Assembly: GCA_034669905.1 (NCBI GenBank)
Contig: JAXMOL010000013.1
Span: forward strand, 81,862-145,861
DNA from: Candidatus Hydrogenedentota bacterium
GTDB lineage: Bacteria; Hydrogenedentota; Hydrogenedentia; Hydrogenedentales; JAEUWI01
DNA length: 64,000 bases
Direction: 5' to 3'
Shown here: positions 8,801-18,772 of the stretch, one piece after another
Position numbering within the stretch: position 1 is the stretch's first letter
Layout of the letters: each line of letters starts with the position of its first letter
Translations under genes and position numbers: made by a program
The notes under the pieces: model-generated
The model's database searches: none
What the model was told of the DNA's origin: nothing
What the model saw: only the letters and a program-made list of their open reading frames with translations

Positions 8801-11475
8801 GGCGCCACGGCAAGGCCCACCACCGCATCGGTGGGGAAGAGGGTGACCTGGCTGCGCGCCGAGACACTCCGCCCGCCGGATTCGAAGACTTCTCCCCGTA
8901 CCGTGGCGGCTACGGGAAAACTGAGCTCCTTTGGTGGGTACCATTTGAAGGAAAAGGTCGCGTCCCCGGTCTCGTTGGTTTTGGATTCGCCCAACTCCCG
9001 GACATCGGTATTGAAGGCTTCTTCATTGGTGAAGGTGTAGTCCGGCCATTGCTCCGGCTTCCACGCGCCCTTCTCGATAATAACGAGGGCACTGCTCTTA
9101 CGATCCCGCGCCGGGCCCCCGGAAAGATGGTCGCCATGGACCGTAATGGCATGTTCCTCGCCCGGGAGCCAGTAAGGTGACGCCGTCTTTACTTCGGCGG
9201 CCAGCCGGTTGGGGACGAAGTCTTCCAGATGAATGGTCTGGGTGGTGAGAGGGGTGGGTGCGCCCGGAACCCAGAGCTCCACGCGATAGGCCCCGGTGAG
9301 CCAGTCCCGTTTCGTCTCCACGTCGCGGGTGCCGCTACCCCAGTTGGAAAGGGTTTCGGTGAAGGTCCGCTTGCCCCCTTTTTCATCATAGAGGCGCAAA
9401 GAGAGGGGGGCGGCCGTCAGGGGGCTGCCATCTGCCTGCCGCACGAGCCAGCGAAGGTGCATGGTTTCGCCGGGGCGATAGAGATTCCGGTCGGCATAGA
9501 AAAAGGCATCGTAGCCGTCCGGGTCATAGGAAGGCATGCCATAGTTGAAGGCCACCGGGTCTTCACCCCGCTCGTTGAGGGGCAGGAAGGTGAAGTCGTC
9601 GGCGGTTTCCACGATGGCGACCCGGGGATCGCCCAATTCCTTGTCCCAGTTATCCAATCGTGCGACGCCCTGCGCGTCCGTGGTCACTTCGCCCATCACC
9701 TGATGTTTGAAGGAGTAAATGGTGACCTTCGCGTCCACGAGGGGACTCAGGTCCCAGAGGTTGTGGGCATAGAGGAGGAGGGCGTCATCCTGCCAGTGGG
9801 CCAGGACGCCGATATCGGTCCACACGAGAATCTTTGTGTTGTAGTAGTCATAGGCAGGCGAGAGGGCGATGCCAAAGATGCCCTTCCGGTCCTCCGGCAT
9901 AAAACCCGCCAGGGGGATAGCCGCCTCCAGGCGCTCGTTTTCTTCCCCGGTAAAAGTGATGGTGTGTTCGCCCAGTTTCTGGGCAAATTCATGGCCAAAC
10001 TGACCGGGGGAACGGCCGCCTTCCATCTGCTGCAGGGCCTTCACCAGGTTGGAGGGGTAGAGCTCATAGAGGGTGGCTTCGGCTTTCTTCAGATTGCGGC
10101 CATAGACCGGCAAGGGCCCGGCGGTGCGTCGGGGGAAGTAGTAGGGAGATTCGAAGGCGAAGCCGACCCCACTGCGTTTCGGTGCCTTGCCGGGATTCCA
10201 GGCCAGGGCTTGATCGATGCGCAGGGTGTTGGCCCGGTCCGTGAGGCCTTCGGAAACCATGAGTCGGTAACCGGTACCGCTCTTCCAGTCGGCGTGGAGG
10301 TCCACACTACCATGGGGGCCATTCTGGTAGCTCAGGTTTTGCGGCTCGGGAGAAATGGTGACATGTTTCGCCAGTTCCTCAGGTTCGACCGATCCATTGA
10401 AAAACAGCTGGAGGCGGAGGGGCTCGGCACCTTCGGAATCCCAATTATGGTATTCGATGCGGAGTTTTTCGTGGGCCAGAAAAATGCGGCCTTCCGCAGC
10501 TTCCTGCTTGTAGATTGCGGGGAGACTCGGCAGGTTTCCCGAGAAGGTATAACGCAGGGTCGTGTAATCCTCGGTGGGCCGTTCAAACTGGTAACGCAGC
10601 TCGTTTTGATTTTCCGAGCGCTGGGGCGTGAGGGCCAAGGGGGTGGTGCTATCGTCCCCATAGACCGCAAAACTATGGAGAAAATCGGCGGGCGTGCGGG
10701 CATGGGGGATTTGGACCCGGATAGAATCTTCTTTCGCCGTCTGATGGTGCCAGGTCACGGCGTTCACGGTGAAAGGACTCACGGGAGGAAGGACCCGGGT
10801 GAGCGGCCGTTCCAACTGGAGGGCACCGGTGGAATCGCTGAACCCGTTGGAAATGTGGAGGGTGTAAGGTGCCGTTTCGACGGTTGCGACCGCCAGGCGA
10901 TGGAGGCTCGCGTTGACGGTGCGTAAGCTGGAGTAGGGGATTTCCGTTCCCGCACTGTCGGTAATCCGCACGTGCTGTACGACCTGTTCCCACGGGACCG
11001 ACGTGGAAAACACCACGTCGAGTTGGGTGGTGTTAAGGCCGATATCCGCGTACTTGAACTCCTCCACCGTAAGGGCGAAATCGGTGAAAAGGAGGAGTGA
11101 GGGCGCGGCCACCGCGGCGTTTCCGTTGGCTCCGACGAGGGCGGGGAGCAGGGTCGCGCGGAATAGCTGCTTGGCTGCCTTTCGCCCGGGTTCCAGCGTG
11201 AGGGCAACATGCCGTTCCCCCTGCGTCCAGGTGCCAGCCAGCGGCGGGTCAAAGGCGACCAGCGTCGCGGGATCATTCACGGGTGCCAGGGGCTGGTCGA
11301 AGTAGAAGACGATTTGGTCTGAAAAGGCCGTCTCGGGCAACGGGTAGGTGCCCACCAGTTGCGGAGCCCCCGACGTTTCGGCCGACTCCTGAGCGACCGC
11401 AGCCGAAGGGAGGCCGACGGGCATCCACAGAAGAAGGAGGACCATGAGGAGGGGGTAGCGTTGGGGGTGATTCAT
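5827..11475 (-). CDS. Bacterial alpha-2-macroglobulin family protein
   Basis: About 1880 aa from MNHPQ. Motifs: DRNLYRPGE (MG2), LALVDEG, YPHGCLEQTTS thioester, YSTQE, DLLPGGLDIENP, DVRDDR. Confidence 0.93.
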   Translation of the reverse strand: MNHPQRYPLLMVLLLLWMPVGLPSAAVAQESAETSGAPQLVGTYPLPETAFSDQIVFYFDQPLAPVNDPATLVAFDPPLAGTWTQGERHVALTLEPGRKAAKQLFRATLLPALVGANGNAAVAAPSLLLFTDFALTVEEFKYADIGLNTTQLDVVFSTSVPWEQVVQHVRITDSAGTEIPYSSLRTVNASLHRLAVATVETAPYTLHISNGFSDSTGALQLERPLTRVLPPVSPFTVNAVTWHHQTAKEDSIRVQIPHARTPADFLHSFAVYGDDSTTPLALTPQRSENQNELRYQFERPTEDYTTLRYTFSGNLPSLPAIYKQEAAEGRIFLAHEKLRIEYHNWDSEGAEPLRLQLFFNGSVEPEELAKHVTISPEPQNLSYQNGPHGSVDLHADWKSGTGYRLMVSEGLTDRANTLRIDQALAWNPGKAPKRSGVGFAFESPYYFPRRTAGPLPVYGRNLKKAEATLYELYPSNLVKALQQMEGGRSPGQFGHEFAQKLGEHTITFTGEENERLEAAIPLAGFMPEDRKGIFGIALSPAYDYYNTKILVWTDIGVLAHWQDDALLLYAHNLWDLSPLVDAKVTIYSFKHQVMGEVTTDAQGVARLDNWDKELGDPRVAIVETADDFTFLPLNERGEDPVAFNYGMPSYDPDGYDAFFYADRNLYRPGETMHLRWLVRQADGSPLTAAPLSLRLYDEKGGKRTFTETLSNWGSGTRDVETKRDWLTGAYRVELWVPGAPTPLTTQTIHLEDFVPNRLAAEVKTASPYWLPGEEHAITVHGDHLSGGPARDRKSSALVIIEKGAWKPEQWPDYTFTNEEAFNTDVRELGESKTNETGDATFSFKWYPPKELSFPVAATVRGEVFESGGRSVSARSQVTLFPTDAVVGLAVAPGTGSNSVDVSVVATGANGQPASLEKVQVTLEKKQWRYYVRRYSSHNEANWNDNFVIISTHTVPLSGGVGTVTVPVPEGYGTYRVKVHRENSSQYATQSFWSYRGQARLADASRPSLITLTPDKKAYTIGDTATVQITSPFDGDAIVVVQHKSLEKLITVPITNGVGTLSLPLEGGHYPNVWLETTVIHPVEPGTTLTYPYASFAMVNLPVHDPTKALTVTLPDLPKVTRPAATIPVTVQVANPDGTPVAAELTLALVDEGIHQILQYETPDPVAWFQRPRRPLYRRAHYYDQVAYDFTGKPIGGGALLKKRLGEDDSNVDDNWIKPLALWSGVVETDATGVATIEMALPEFAGKVRLVAVATTGTEAGSTGANMVIRRPVVLQTTLPRFATPGDTFQATALLQNKTDAPLKSTLSVSTTEPVVADAFTASWDIPAGDEVVVPIPLGAGEFPGSGTIHWKLESTDAQGAVVDAFETDTPLKIQAPSIYQVRSELVVIPSGEQRDFVNSEFKDNARLEGTLLISANPLARLQKALDYVIGYPHGCLEQTTSRCMPLFLMGQSARYAGSEWDAQYFRQFIQSGIDRLFSMQTRSGGIGYWPGAQEPYPYGSIYAAHFLTLAKGDPAFKVPEEAHARLMTYLRDRITLDPDERHVSLYNYAYACYVRALAQDPEVMADITRLDTLEISTTARQWLLLAQLQFTKAPEKGIAYLLTHPSKPYDMREQGDTLNSTVRNDAITLMTQMALGADDTITQPQAEKLIRYLENHPYSTQEAAFVITALSEYLQKNLGDVSQAKATIATPDGVETRTGDFQFKAAHKGAGTRYTVSNEGPTPLYVNLSWAGILVNPDVDAASNGIQLSRRFEAPGGPVDPAALEHGKTYLVSVEITCAEDMKNVVLVDLLPGGLDIENPRLSGDTLGPWKKTDGVQPSYIDVRDDRLIAAFDHLQGGTHRYYYAVRTVTAGTFQQPGANAECMYAIDINGRTATSNVTIAP

Positions 11476-11620
11476 GGTAAGTCGGGCTCCTGCGCCGCCG
11501 CAGCGGGGTGGGTTGAAACACGTAGAATCATTAAAACATAGGGGGCGGGGTAAGGGGAAAATTTCTTGCTGCCCGCTACCCCACTTAATACGCCGCATCA
11601 CACAAAGGTTTCGCAACACG

Positions 11621-11653
11621 AAAAAACGCCCCCGGAGTGACTCCGGGGGCGTT
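11621..11653 (-). terminator. Rho-independent terminator after the DegP-like gene
   Basis: The minus strand reads aacgcccccggag tca ctccgggggcgtt tttt: a 13-bp stem followed by a U tract. Confidence 0.85.
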
Positions 11654-11677
11654 ACTATATACCGCTGAGCGGGGGAC

Positions 11678-13195
11678 TTATTTCAACTTGAGGGGCACAA
11701 AGCGGGAGAACTCGCCTTCGCTTACCAGGAGGAGGACCGATTTGTCGTCCTTGATTTCCTCCAGGGCGGCATTGAAGTCTTCCGTGTTGGTGATGACCGT
11801 ACGGTTTACTTCTTCAATGACCATGCCGGAGCGGAGCCCTGCGCGGGCGGCCGGGGAATTCTGGGTGACGTTGGTAATCACGACGCCCGAATCACCGCTG
11901 TACCCGATGCGCTCGGCAATTTCATCGGTAATGTCCTGCACCGAGATGCCGATTTCCGTGCTTCGGGTGATGGGGTCACGGCCCGGTCCACGGCTGCCCA
12001 GGTCACTGGGACGTTCGCCGATGACGACTTCCTTGGTGATCCGTTCGCCACTACGGACGATGACGAGGGTTGCTTTATCGCCCGGGGCAATGATGGAGAC
12101 GCGGCTCTTGAAGGTGCCGGCGCTCTTGGTGGGTTTGCCATTCAGCTCGACGATGACGTCGCCCCGTTCCAGACCTGCTTCCGCCGCCGGGGTTCCTTCG
12201 ATGACCTGGGCCACCAAGACGCCCTGATCGACGTTTTCAAAGGACTGGGATGAAATGGCGTCAAGGTCTTGTATGTTGATGCCCAGGAAGCCACGGACCA
12301 CTTCGCCATTTTCCATCAATTGGTCGGTGATGTATTTCACCATGTTAATGGGGATGGCAAAGCCAATACCCATGTAGCCACCGCTCCGGCTCAGGATGGC
12401 CGTGTTCAGACCGACCACTTGACCGTCCAGATTGAGGAGGGGCCCTCCGGAATTACCGGGGTTGATGGCCGCGTCGGTCTGAATGAAATCCGCAAAAAAC
12501 TCATTGTTGCCGAGGCCCACATCGCTGCGGCCACGGGCACTCACAATACCGGCGGTAACACTGTGGCTGAGGCCGAAGGGGTTACCAATGGCCAGGACCC
12601 ATTCACCCACACGGACCGTATCGGAGTCGCCGATGGTCAGGGTGGGGAGGCCTTCTGCCTCAATCTTGATGACCGCCACTTCGGTGTCTTCGTCGCTGCC
12701 AACGACTTCGGCATCAAACTCGCGGCCATCATCCAACTGGACGACGATATTGTCGGCGCTGTCTACCACGTGGTGATTGGTGATGATATAGCCGTCCGGA
12801 CTGACAATAAAGCCGCTGCCCTGGCCGACGGGTACGGGTACGTCATTTTCCGGCGCGGGTGTGGGGGCTTCTCTCCCGGGCAGGTTCTGTTGGGGGGGGA
12901 TCCCGAAGAAGCGTTCGAAGAGGTCATCGGGAATGTTGCCGCCCCGTCCCCGCAGCCCCATGCCACGATTGCCCATCTTCTTTTCGATGCGGATGAACAC
13001 CACCGCCGGGGAGGTGGACTCGGTAATATTGGCGAAGGCGTTGCCCAGGTGTTTCAGGGTGCCGATAGCTTCGGATTCGGTTTCGGCCTGGGCCCAGGCA
13101 CCTGGCATGGAACCGGCCATCAAGCCCGCGCACAAAAGGGCGCTGGCACCGATGCGGCGAAGCTGCGTTAACGATTTCGGTGTGATCATGGACAT
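11678..13195 (-). CDS. Periplasmic serine endoprotease, DegP/DegQ (HtrA) family, two PDZ domains
   Basis: Motifs GSGFIV, TNHHVV, IQTDAAINPGNSGGPL, GIGFAIP and two PDZ-like segments. An AAGGAG RBS lies 6 nt before the ATG at 13195. Confidence 0.93.
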   Translation of the reverse strand: MSMITPKSLTQLRRIGASALLCAGLMAGSMPGAWAQAETESEAIGTLKHLGNAFANITESTSPAVVFIRIEKKMGNRGMGLRGRGGNIPDDLFERFFGIPPQQNLPGREAPTPAPENDVPVPVGQGSGFIVSPDGYIITNHHVVDSADNIVVQLDDGREFDAEVVGSDEDTEVAVIKIEAEGLPTLTIGDSDTVRVGEWVLAIGNPFGLSHSVTAGIVSARGRSDVGLGNNEFFADFIQTDAAINPGNSGGPLLNLDGQVVGLNTAILSRSGGYMGIGFAIPINMVKYITDQLMENGEVVRGFLGINIQDLDAISSQSFENVDQGVLVAQVIEGTPAAEAGLERGDVIVELNGKPTKSAGTFKSRVSIIAPGDKATLVIVRSGERITKEVVIGERPSDLGSRGPGRDPITRSTEIGISVQDITDEIAERIGYSGDSGVVITNVTQNSPAARAGLRSGMVIEEVNRTVITNTEDFNAALEEIKDDKSVLLLVSEGEFSRFVPLKLK

Positions 13196-13358
13196 AAACA
13201 TCTCCTTTGATGATAAGCGCAACCCGGCGGTCCTACAAGAACCGCCCCTCCCTTATACCACACGGCACGGGGCCCATGATATTTCCGATCGGAAGGGTAC
13301 TGGATACTACGGCGTGCCGCTGGTCTGAATACAGACACAGCGCGTCACTACCTAATGG

Positions 13359-13376
13359 AAGCATGGACTGTGCCAA
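13359..13376 (-). promoter_or_regulatory. Candidate sigma-54 (-24/-12) promoter upstream of the DegP-like gene
   Basis: Minus strand TTGGCAC-AGTCC-ATGCTT shows exact GG-N10-GC spacing against the consensus TGGCAC-N5-TTGC. Confidence 0.55.
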
Positions 13377-13533
13377 TCCTGCGCCTCCAGGTTAAGTGAT
13401 TGGCTCTATTGGGGTTGTGCGTGAGGGTGGGGTGGAAGCGTGGCGCCGCTGCGTTTCCGTATGACCCATATCAGGTTCGCGCGGTTCATCTCGCTTAGAA
13501 TGCGGTATGGAGCGACAGCCGCGACGACTTCGA

Positions 13534-14760
13534 TCAGCTCCCGGGCACCGCGGGGTGCTTCCGCACGTGAATGAGATAGTACTGAAGCACGAGGCCTGCT
13601 GCTACGGCGGCGGGGATGTAGAGGAAGGGCGTCGAAACCCCCTGACGTTCTGCCAGGAAGCCCACCGCGATGGGGCCGACAAAATTGCCTGCTCCCACGG
13701 CCACTTCATTGATGGCCGAGCGCTGACGGCGGCGGGCGTAGTTGCCCATGCTGTAGTAGGAGCCGGAAAAGAAGGCGGCACCGGAGAGGCCACCAATGAC
13801 CATAAAGGCACCGGCCATTACCGCGAGGCTCGCCGTTTGGCCGAGTACCCAAAAGGCGATGGCCGCGGCAATCTGGAGCCCGGCAATGAAGCGAAAGCGA
13901 TGGTGCCAACGGTGGGTGCGCCCCATAACGCCAAAGATAACGCCCCCCATGGCGGCCAAGAGGAAGGCAATGACCGAGTAAATGCTGGCGGCGTTCTCCG
14001 TCAGATAGGTCGGGGCCTCCGCTTCCCAGAAGAGGCGAAGCGCTCCGTCATTCACCAGGTTGTCTACCCGCTTCGTAAAGACCAACCGCGTGACGCCCAC
14101 CAGGGCCCAGGCAACGCCGTTGGCAATCCAGGAAGCCAGCAGAAAACGTTCACTCAGCCGGGCGTGCTCATCCCAGGCCGGTACTTTTTCTTCGGCGATT
14201 GCCGGGTAGTAGTCTTCTTCCTGGGGCAGGTTCCACAAGAGGGCGAAACAGGCGATACCCATGAGGAAGGCGGCCACGAAAGGTGCCAGGGGTGCCGCAT
14301 CATAGAGAAATCCCCCAATCAGGGGTCCGATAGCCAGTCCGGCACTCCACGATACGTTGAAGCGGCTCATGGCCCGGGCACGGCGGTGGGGATCGGGATC
14401 CGCACCAAGCCACCCATGAAGACTGGGCCAGACAATGGACATGCCCATGATGGCAAGGGTACAGAAAAGGGCGAATCCCCAAATGGTGGGAAAAAGCACG
14501 GCCGCCGCAGAGGCGGCACAAAAGTAGAAGGCGCCTGAGGCGGCCCACTTCAGGCTGTGGGCGCTCCGGTGCATCCATTGGCTCACCGCGAAACATACCA
14601 CAGCATAGAGAAGTGATTGGGCCGCACCAATATTGGCCGGCACGGCCACCGACCCGTCGAAATGGGTGTACACGTAAAAGGGCATGGCCGTCAAGATGAC
14701 GAGAAAGGCGGCGTCGAGCAGAAAGGCGGCCAGACAGATTCGGAAATGGGCGTTGTCCAT
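13534..14760 (-). CDS. MFS transporter
   Basis: 408 aa with about 12 hydrophobic segments and a GLAIGPLIGGFL MFS-type motif. Confidence 0.8.
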   Translation of the reverse strand: MDNAHFRICLAAFLLDAAFLVILTAMPFYVYTHFDGSVAVPANIGAAQSLLYAVVCFAVSQWMHRSAHSLKWAASGAFYFCAASAAAVLFPTIWGFALFCTLAIMGMSIVWPSLHGWLGADPDPHRRARAMSRFNVSWSAGLAIGPLIGGFLYDAAPLAPFVAAFLMGIACFALLWNLPQEEDYYPAIAEEKVPAWDEHARLSERFLLASWIANGVAWALVGVTRLVFTKRVDNLVNDGALRLFWEAEAPTYLTENAASIYSVIAFLLAAMGGVIFGVMGRTHRWHHRFRFIAGLQIAAAIAFWVLGQTASLAVMAGAFMVIGGLSGAAFFSGSYYSMGNYARRRQRSAINEVAVGAGNFVGPIAVGFLAERQGVSTPFLYIPAAVAAGLVLQYYLIHVRKHPAVPGS

Positions 14761-15032
14761 GGGAATACTCAGCTAGAAGGGAGGGTAAACGGGGGAGGCG
14801 GAAGTATAGCCCAGATTCCGGTGACGATGATAGCTGGTCGCCTGCCAACGGAGTCGCAAGGGACGTTCTGCCGCAGGGGCCCGAAAGGTATAGGACATTC
14901 CCCTTCTGCCGTTCCATGGGACCCCACATTGCAGGGCACACGGTATCGCGGCAGCATGTCCCGGTGGAAGATGGGAATGGGTCGTCGTCTCTCTATCAGA
15001 TTCGCCTCTGCGTCGCCATTGCCCTCGGCTGC

Positions 15033-15926
15033 TCAGGTGCCGGCGGCGCGGTCTGTGGCGTATTCGCGGATCCGGACGACGACGACGGAGCAGAAAAGCA
15101 ATACGGCGGTGATCCCCAGCAGGGTGATGGCTGCCTTGCCGGCGCCGACGAGGTACTGCTGCTTTTTGAATTCCAGAATTTCCTCGCGGACCACCTGGTT
15201 TGCCGATTCCAAGGCCACCGGGAGGAGTTCGTTGGTGTATTTCATGATGGTGAGAAAATCCACCACACCGGGCACGAAGGTCGCCAGCCGTTGCCAGCCG
15301 TAAAGAAAAATGAGGCCGATGATGATGGGCCGTTTGGTTACGGCTCCCAGAAAGAGGGCCAGCGCGCCATTGGCCATGAGCGCCAGCAACATGGCCAATT
15401 CATAGGTGAAGAGTTTTTCGAGGCCATCGCGGTCGAAAGCGAGCTCGGAAAGGGCCGTGCTGGCACCAAAGGTCAGGAGCATGGAGGTGCCCAGGATGGC
15501 CGTGGACACCATGAGATAGGCGCCGAAGCGCCCGAATACCCACGCGGAGCGGGGCATGGGACGGGTGAGCATGAGCGGGATGGTCCGGCTCTCCACATCC
15601 TCACCGATGATCATGGTGGCGAAAAAGAGGGCGAGCAACGGGGCGAGGGTGTTGATATGGGCCTCGCCCGCCATCTTGCTGAATACGTCCACGCCGGAAC
15701 GGGCGAACTGGGAATCAGAGAGAAAGGCAATGGCCAGCGGAATCACCACGGGCAAAAAGGTGATGACCGCGGCGAAGATGATGCGCTGCCGTCGCAGCAT
15801 GAGCGTCAGGCTGTGACCAAAGGAGGCCCGGAGACAGTGACTATACTGGGCCAGGGGTCCCGAGGGTGCGACGGGCTTGGGTAAGATGCTGGTCTTTGTA
15901 AACGCGTGAGAAGATTGGTCCATCAT
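15033..15926 (-). CDS. ABC-2 type transporter permease
   Basis: Multi-pass membrane protein with EDVESRTIPLMLTRPMPR motif; overlaps the ATPase gene by 4 nt. Confidence 0.8.
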   Translation of the reverse strand: MMDQSSHAFTKTSILPKPVAPSGPLAQYSHCLRASFGHSLTLMLRRQRIIFAAVITFLPVVIPLAIAFLSDSQFARSGVDVFSKMAGEAHINTLAPLLALFFATMIIGEDVESRTIPLMLTRPMPRSAWVFGRFGAYLMVSTAILGTSMLLTFGASTALSELAFDRDGLEKLFTYELAMLLALMANGALALFLGAVTKRPIIIGLIFLYGWQRLATFVPGVVDFLTIMKYTNELLPVALESANQVVREEILEFKKQQYLVGAGKAAITLLGITAVLLFCSVVVVRIREYATDRAAGT

Positions 15927-16843
15927 TTCACCAGGTAGTCGAATACGGCTTGCAGGCTGTCATCGGCGCAATGGATACGGGTTACTTCCACATCAGGCTC
16001 CAGCGCCGCGGCATTGATACGGGCATAGCATGCGTTGGGGTCTTTGGTGCGAATGACCAGCCGGGATTCGCCCTCGAAATCCAGATGCAAGACCGACTCA
16101 TCCTGCACGAAATGGGTAGCCAATATCCGGGGTGCCGAACAGTCCACGTGGATGGTGTGGGGGTGGGCATCGATGAGGGAACGAATCTCGCGCACCTTGC
16201 CGTGGGCCATGATACTGCCCTGAAAGAGGAGGACCACATTGTCGGTCACCCGCTCCACTTCATAAAGGATGTGACTGGAAACTACCACGGAGTAGCCGTT
16301 GTCGCCCAATTCGCGAATGAGCGAAAACATTTCTTCCCGGCCCTGGGGGTCGAGGCCCGCCATGGGCTCATCAAGAAAAAGCAGATCGGGGTCGGTGGAG
16401 AGGGCCTGGGCTATCTTGATGCGCTGGCGCATGCCCTTGCTGTATTCCTCAATGGGATCGTCCATCCGATCGGTCATGCCGACCCGTTCGCAGGCCTGTT
16501 CCGCGGCGACTTGCGCATGTTTCGCCGACATCCCCCAATAGCGACTGAGCCAATAGACGTATTCATAGCCCGTCATGTTGTCGTAAAAGGTGTCCAGTTC
16601 AGGACAATAGCCGATGCGACGTAAGACGGCGGCGTTGTTTCGGGGGGATTCGCCGAAGACGGTGACGCTGCCGCGGGAGGGACGGTAGAGGCCGAGCGCG
16701 AGTTTGATAAAGGTGCTCTTGCCCGCGCCATTGGCGCCCAGCAGTCCGGTGACGCCCGTTTCAATCTCGACATTGAGATCGTTGAGGGCCACGACTTCGC
16801 CAAACCACTTGGATACATTTTTCGCGGAGATAATGGTACTCAT
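15923..16843 (-). CDS. ABC transporter ATP-binding protein
   Basis: Walker A GANGAGKS, signature YSKGMRQ, Walker B LLFLDEP, H-loop SSH. Start at MSTIIS. Confidence 0.92.
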   Translation of the reverse strand: MSTIISAKNVSKWFGEVVALNDLNVEIETGVTGLLGANGAGKSTFIKLALGLYRPSRGSVTVFGESPRNNAAVLRRIGYCPELDTFYDNMTGYEYVYWLSRYWGMSAKHAQVAAEQACERVGMTDRMDDPIEEYSKGMRQRIKIAQALSTDPDLLFLDEPMAGLDPQGREEMFSLIRELGDNGYSVVVSSHILYEVERVTDNVVLLFQGSIMAHGKVREIRSLIDAHPHTIHVDCSAPRILATHFVQDESVLHLDFEGESRLVIRTKDPNACYARINAAALEPDVEVTRIHCADDSLQAVFDYLVK

Positions 16844-17715
16844 GGGGCGCACTCCGCGCGCCGCACGACCCGCGTGATGATGAGGCTGCACAGGACACAG
16901 ACCATCGCGACAAAGGCCATCGGCCAGCCCCAGCCCAGGTTGAAGACCGGGTTTTGTTGGTGAAAGATGGCCTGACCGATACGGTCCAGCGACATGGGGT
17001 AACTCAAGAGCAGGTAGTTTTCTTCCTGGAGGAATCCGGCGAGGAGTGCCGCGATGACGCCGTTAGCGACCAGAATCATAAAGGCCGTGATGCCCGCGTA
17101 ATTCTGACTTTGCATGACCGCCGAGCACGCCAGTATGCCCAGGGCAAAGGGCAACACGATGACCAGAGAGAAGGCGGCGATTTCCACGGGCCACCAGATG
17201 GTCGTTGTGAGCGTTTCCCAGCCGGGCGCCAGCAGGTTGTGGATCACTACCAGAACAATGGCAGGGAGGGCTGTAAAGCCCAGGCCCACAAAGATGAGGG
17301 AAAGCAGTTTTCCCAGGGCGTAATCCCGCCAGGTAATCGGCTTGGAAAAATAGACTTCCATGAGATTGTTGCGCACGTCATTGCAGATCATGCCCGAACC
17401 CGCCAGCAGGCAGATCAAAAAGACCATGGGGGCCTGGATGCGAAGGAAGTCGAAAAAGGCCGTTTCGTTGACGGTGAGAAACTTCGCCTGCTGCAGCATG
17501 GCGGCCATGGGGTGGTTGGGGTCTTGCATGATGACGTCATAGGCCACCACCTGAAACAAGCGGAGGAGCCAGTGCAAAAAGGCACCCAGACAAAGAAACT
17601 GAAAAATCTTGCCCTTGACGAGGATGCGTAATTCCTGCTCGACAATGAGCATCCAGCGGGCGTGGCGGCGAAAGGTGCCTTCGTAATTGCGGTAGGACCG
17701 GGTATAGACAGGCAT
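16840..17715 (-). CDS. ABC transporter permease
   Basis: Multi-pass membrane protein with DVRNNLMEVYFSKPI..DYALGK; translationally coupled to both ATPases. Confidence 0.8.
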   Translation of the reverse strand: MPVYTRSYRNYEGTFRRHARWMLIVEQELRILVKGKIFQFLCLGAFLHWLLRLFQVVAYDVIMQDPNHPMAAMLQQAKFLTVNETAFFDFLRIQAPMVFLICLLAGSGMICNDVRNNLMEVYFSKPITWRDYALGKLLSLIFVGLGFTALPAIVLVVIHNLLAPGWETLTTTIWWPVEIAAFSLVIVLPFALGILACSAVMQSQNYAGITAFMILVANGVIAALLAGFLQEENYLLLSYPMSLDRIGQAIFHQQNPVFNLGWGWPMAFVAMVCVLCSLIITRVVRRAECAP

Positions 17716-18656
17716 CAGGCGGCATCCTCGTCGGATGGGGCCGCGGGTGCCTTCATGGCTTCCATAAAGACTTCGGCCAGGCTGCTCTTGGCGGGTTCAA
17801 GATGCCGGATCTGGGTCTGGGCTTCCCGGGCCGCGCGAAAGAGGAGCTCCCCGGTGCTTCCTTCCGGAACCTGGAGCAAGAGAAGTTCGTTGCGTCGTTG
17901 CACGCACGTACCCCCGAGTTGTTCCAGGGCGTGGAGGAAGGCCTCCTGTGCGCCATGGACCTGAACCTCATACTGACCATCTCGCGGTGCGGTGAGTGCT
18001 TCGATGGAATCGTCTTCCACGACACGGCCATGTTGGACCATGATGACCCGCTTGCATACGTGCTGCACATCGGGCAGCAGGTGAGAAGAGAGGACCACCG
18101 TTACGCCACGGCGCTGTCCGATATCGGCAATGAGCTCCAACATTTCCAGGCGCCCCTCGGGGTCCAGCCCATTGGTCGGCTCGTCGAGGAGGAGCAATCT
18201 GGGATCGTGGATGAGCGCCTGCGCGAGTTTGACCCGTTGCAACATACCCGTGGAGTAGGTTTCCATCTTGCGATAGCGGGCCTCTCCCAATCCCACGTAA
18301 TTGAGCACTTCGTGGGTGCGCTCCATGGCGTCCACCCGAATCATCCCGAAGAGCTGACCGACATAGGTGAGGAAGGAAACGGCGCTGACCTTGGGGCTCA
18401 CGACTTCCCGCTCGGGCATGTAGCCCAGTTCCTGACGCACCTGGAGGGCCCCTTGGGGCATTTCGTGGCCCAGGAGCCGTACCGTACCGACACTGGCGCG
18501 GTTAAAGCCCAGCAGGGTTTTCATCAGCGTGCTCTTGCCGGCACCATTCGGGCCGAGCAGGCCCACAGAACCCCCGTCGATCTGGCAGCTAATCCCATCG
18601 AGTGCCTTGAAGTCACCGTAGTGGACCTCGACCCGTTCCAATTCTATGAGTGCCAT
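17715..18656 (-). CDS. ABC transporter ATP-binding protein
   Basis: Motifs GPNGAGKS, YSTGMLQ, LLLLDEP, SSH. Confidence 0.92.
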   Translation of the reverse strand: MALIELERVEVHYGDFKALDGISCQIDGGSVGLLGPNGAGKSTLMKTLLGFNRASVGTVRLLGHEMPQGALQVRQELGYMPEREVVSPKVSAVSFLTYVGQLFGMIRVDAMERTHEVLNYVGLGEARYRKMETYSTGMLQRVKLAQALIHDPRLLLLDEPTNGLDPEGRLEMLELIADIGQRRGVTVVLSSHLLPDVQHVCKRVIMVQHGRVVEDDSIEALTAPRDGQYEVQVHGAQEAFLHALEQLGGTCVQRRNELLLLQVPEGSTGELLFRAAREAQTQIRHLEPAKSSLAEVFMEAMKAPAAPSDEDAA

Positions 18657-18772
18657 GCTGTTCCTTGTGGTTGGGAGAAGGGCTCCGCACGATACGCCGT
18701 CTCCATCGAGACGGATTCTAGAGTATTCAATGGCGTACAGTCGAACTTTCGATCACGGGCAGGGGAGCTTTC

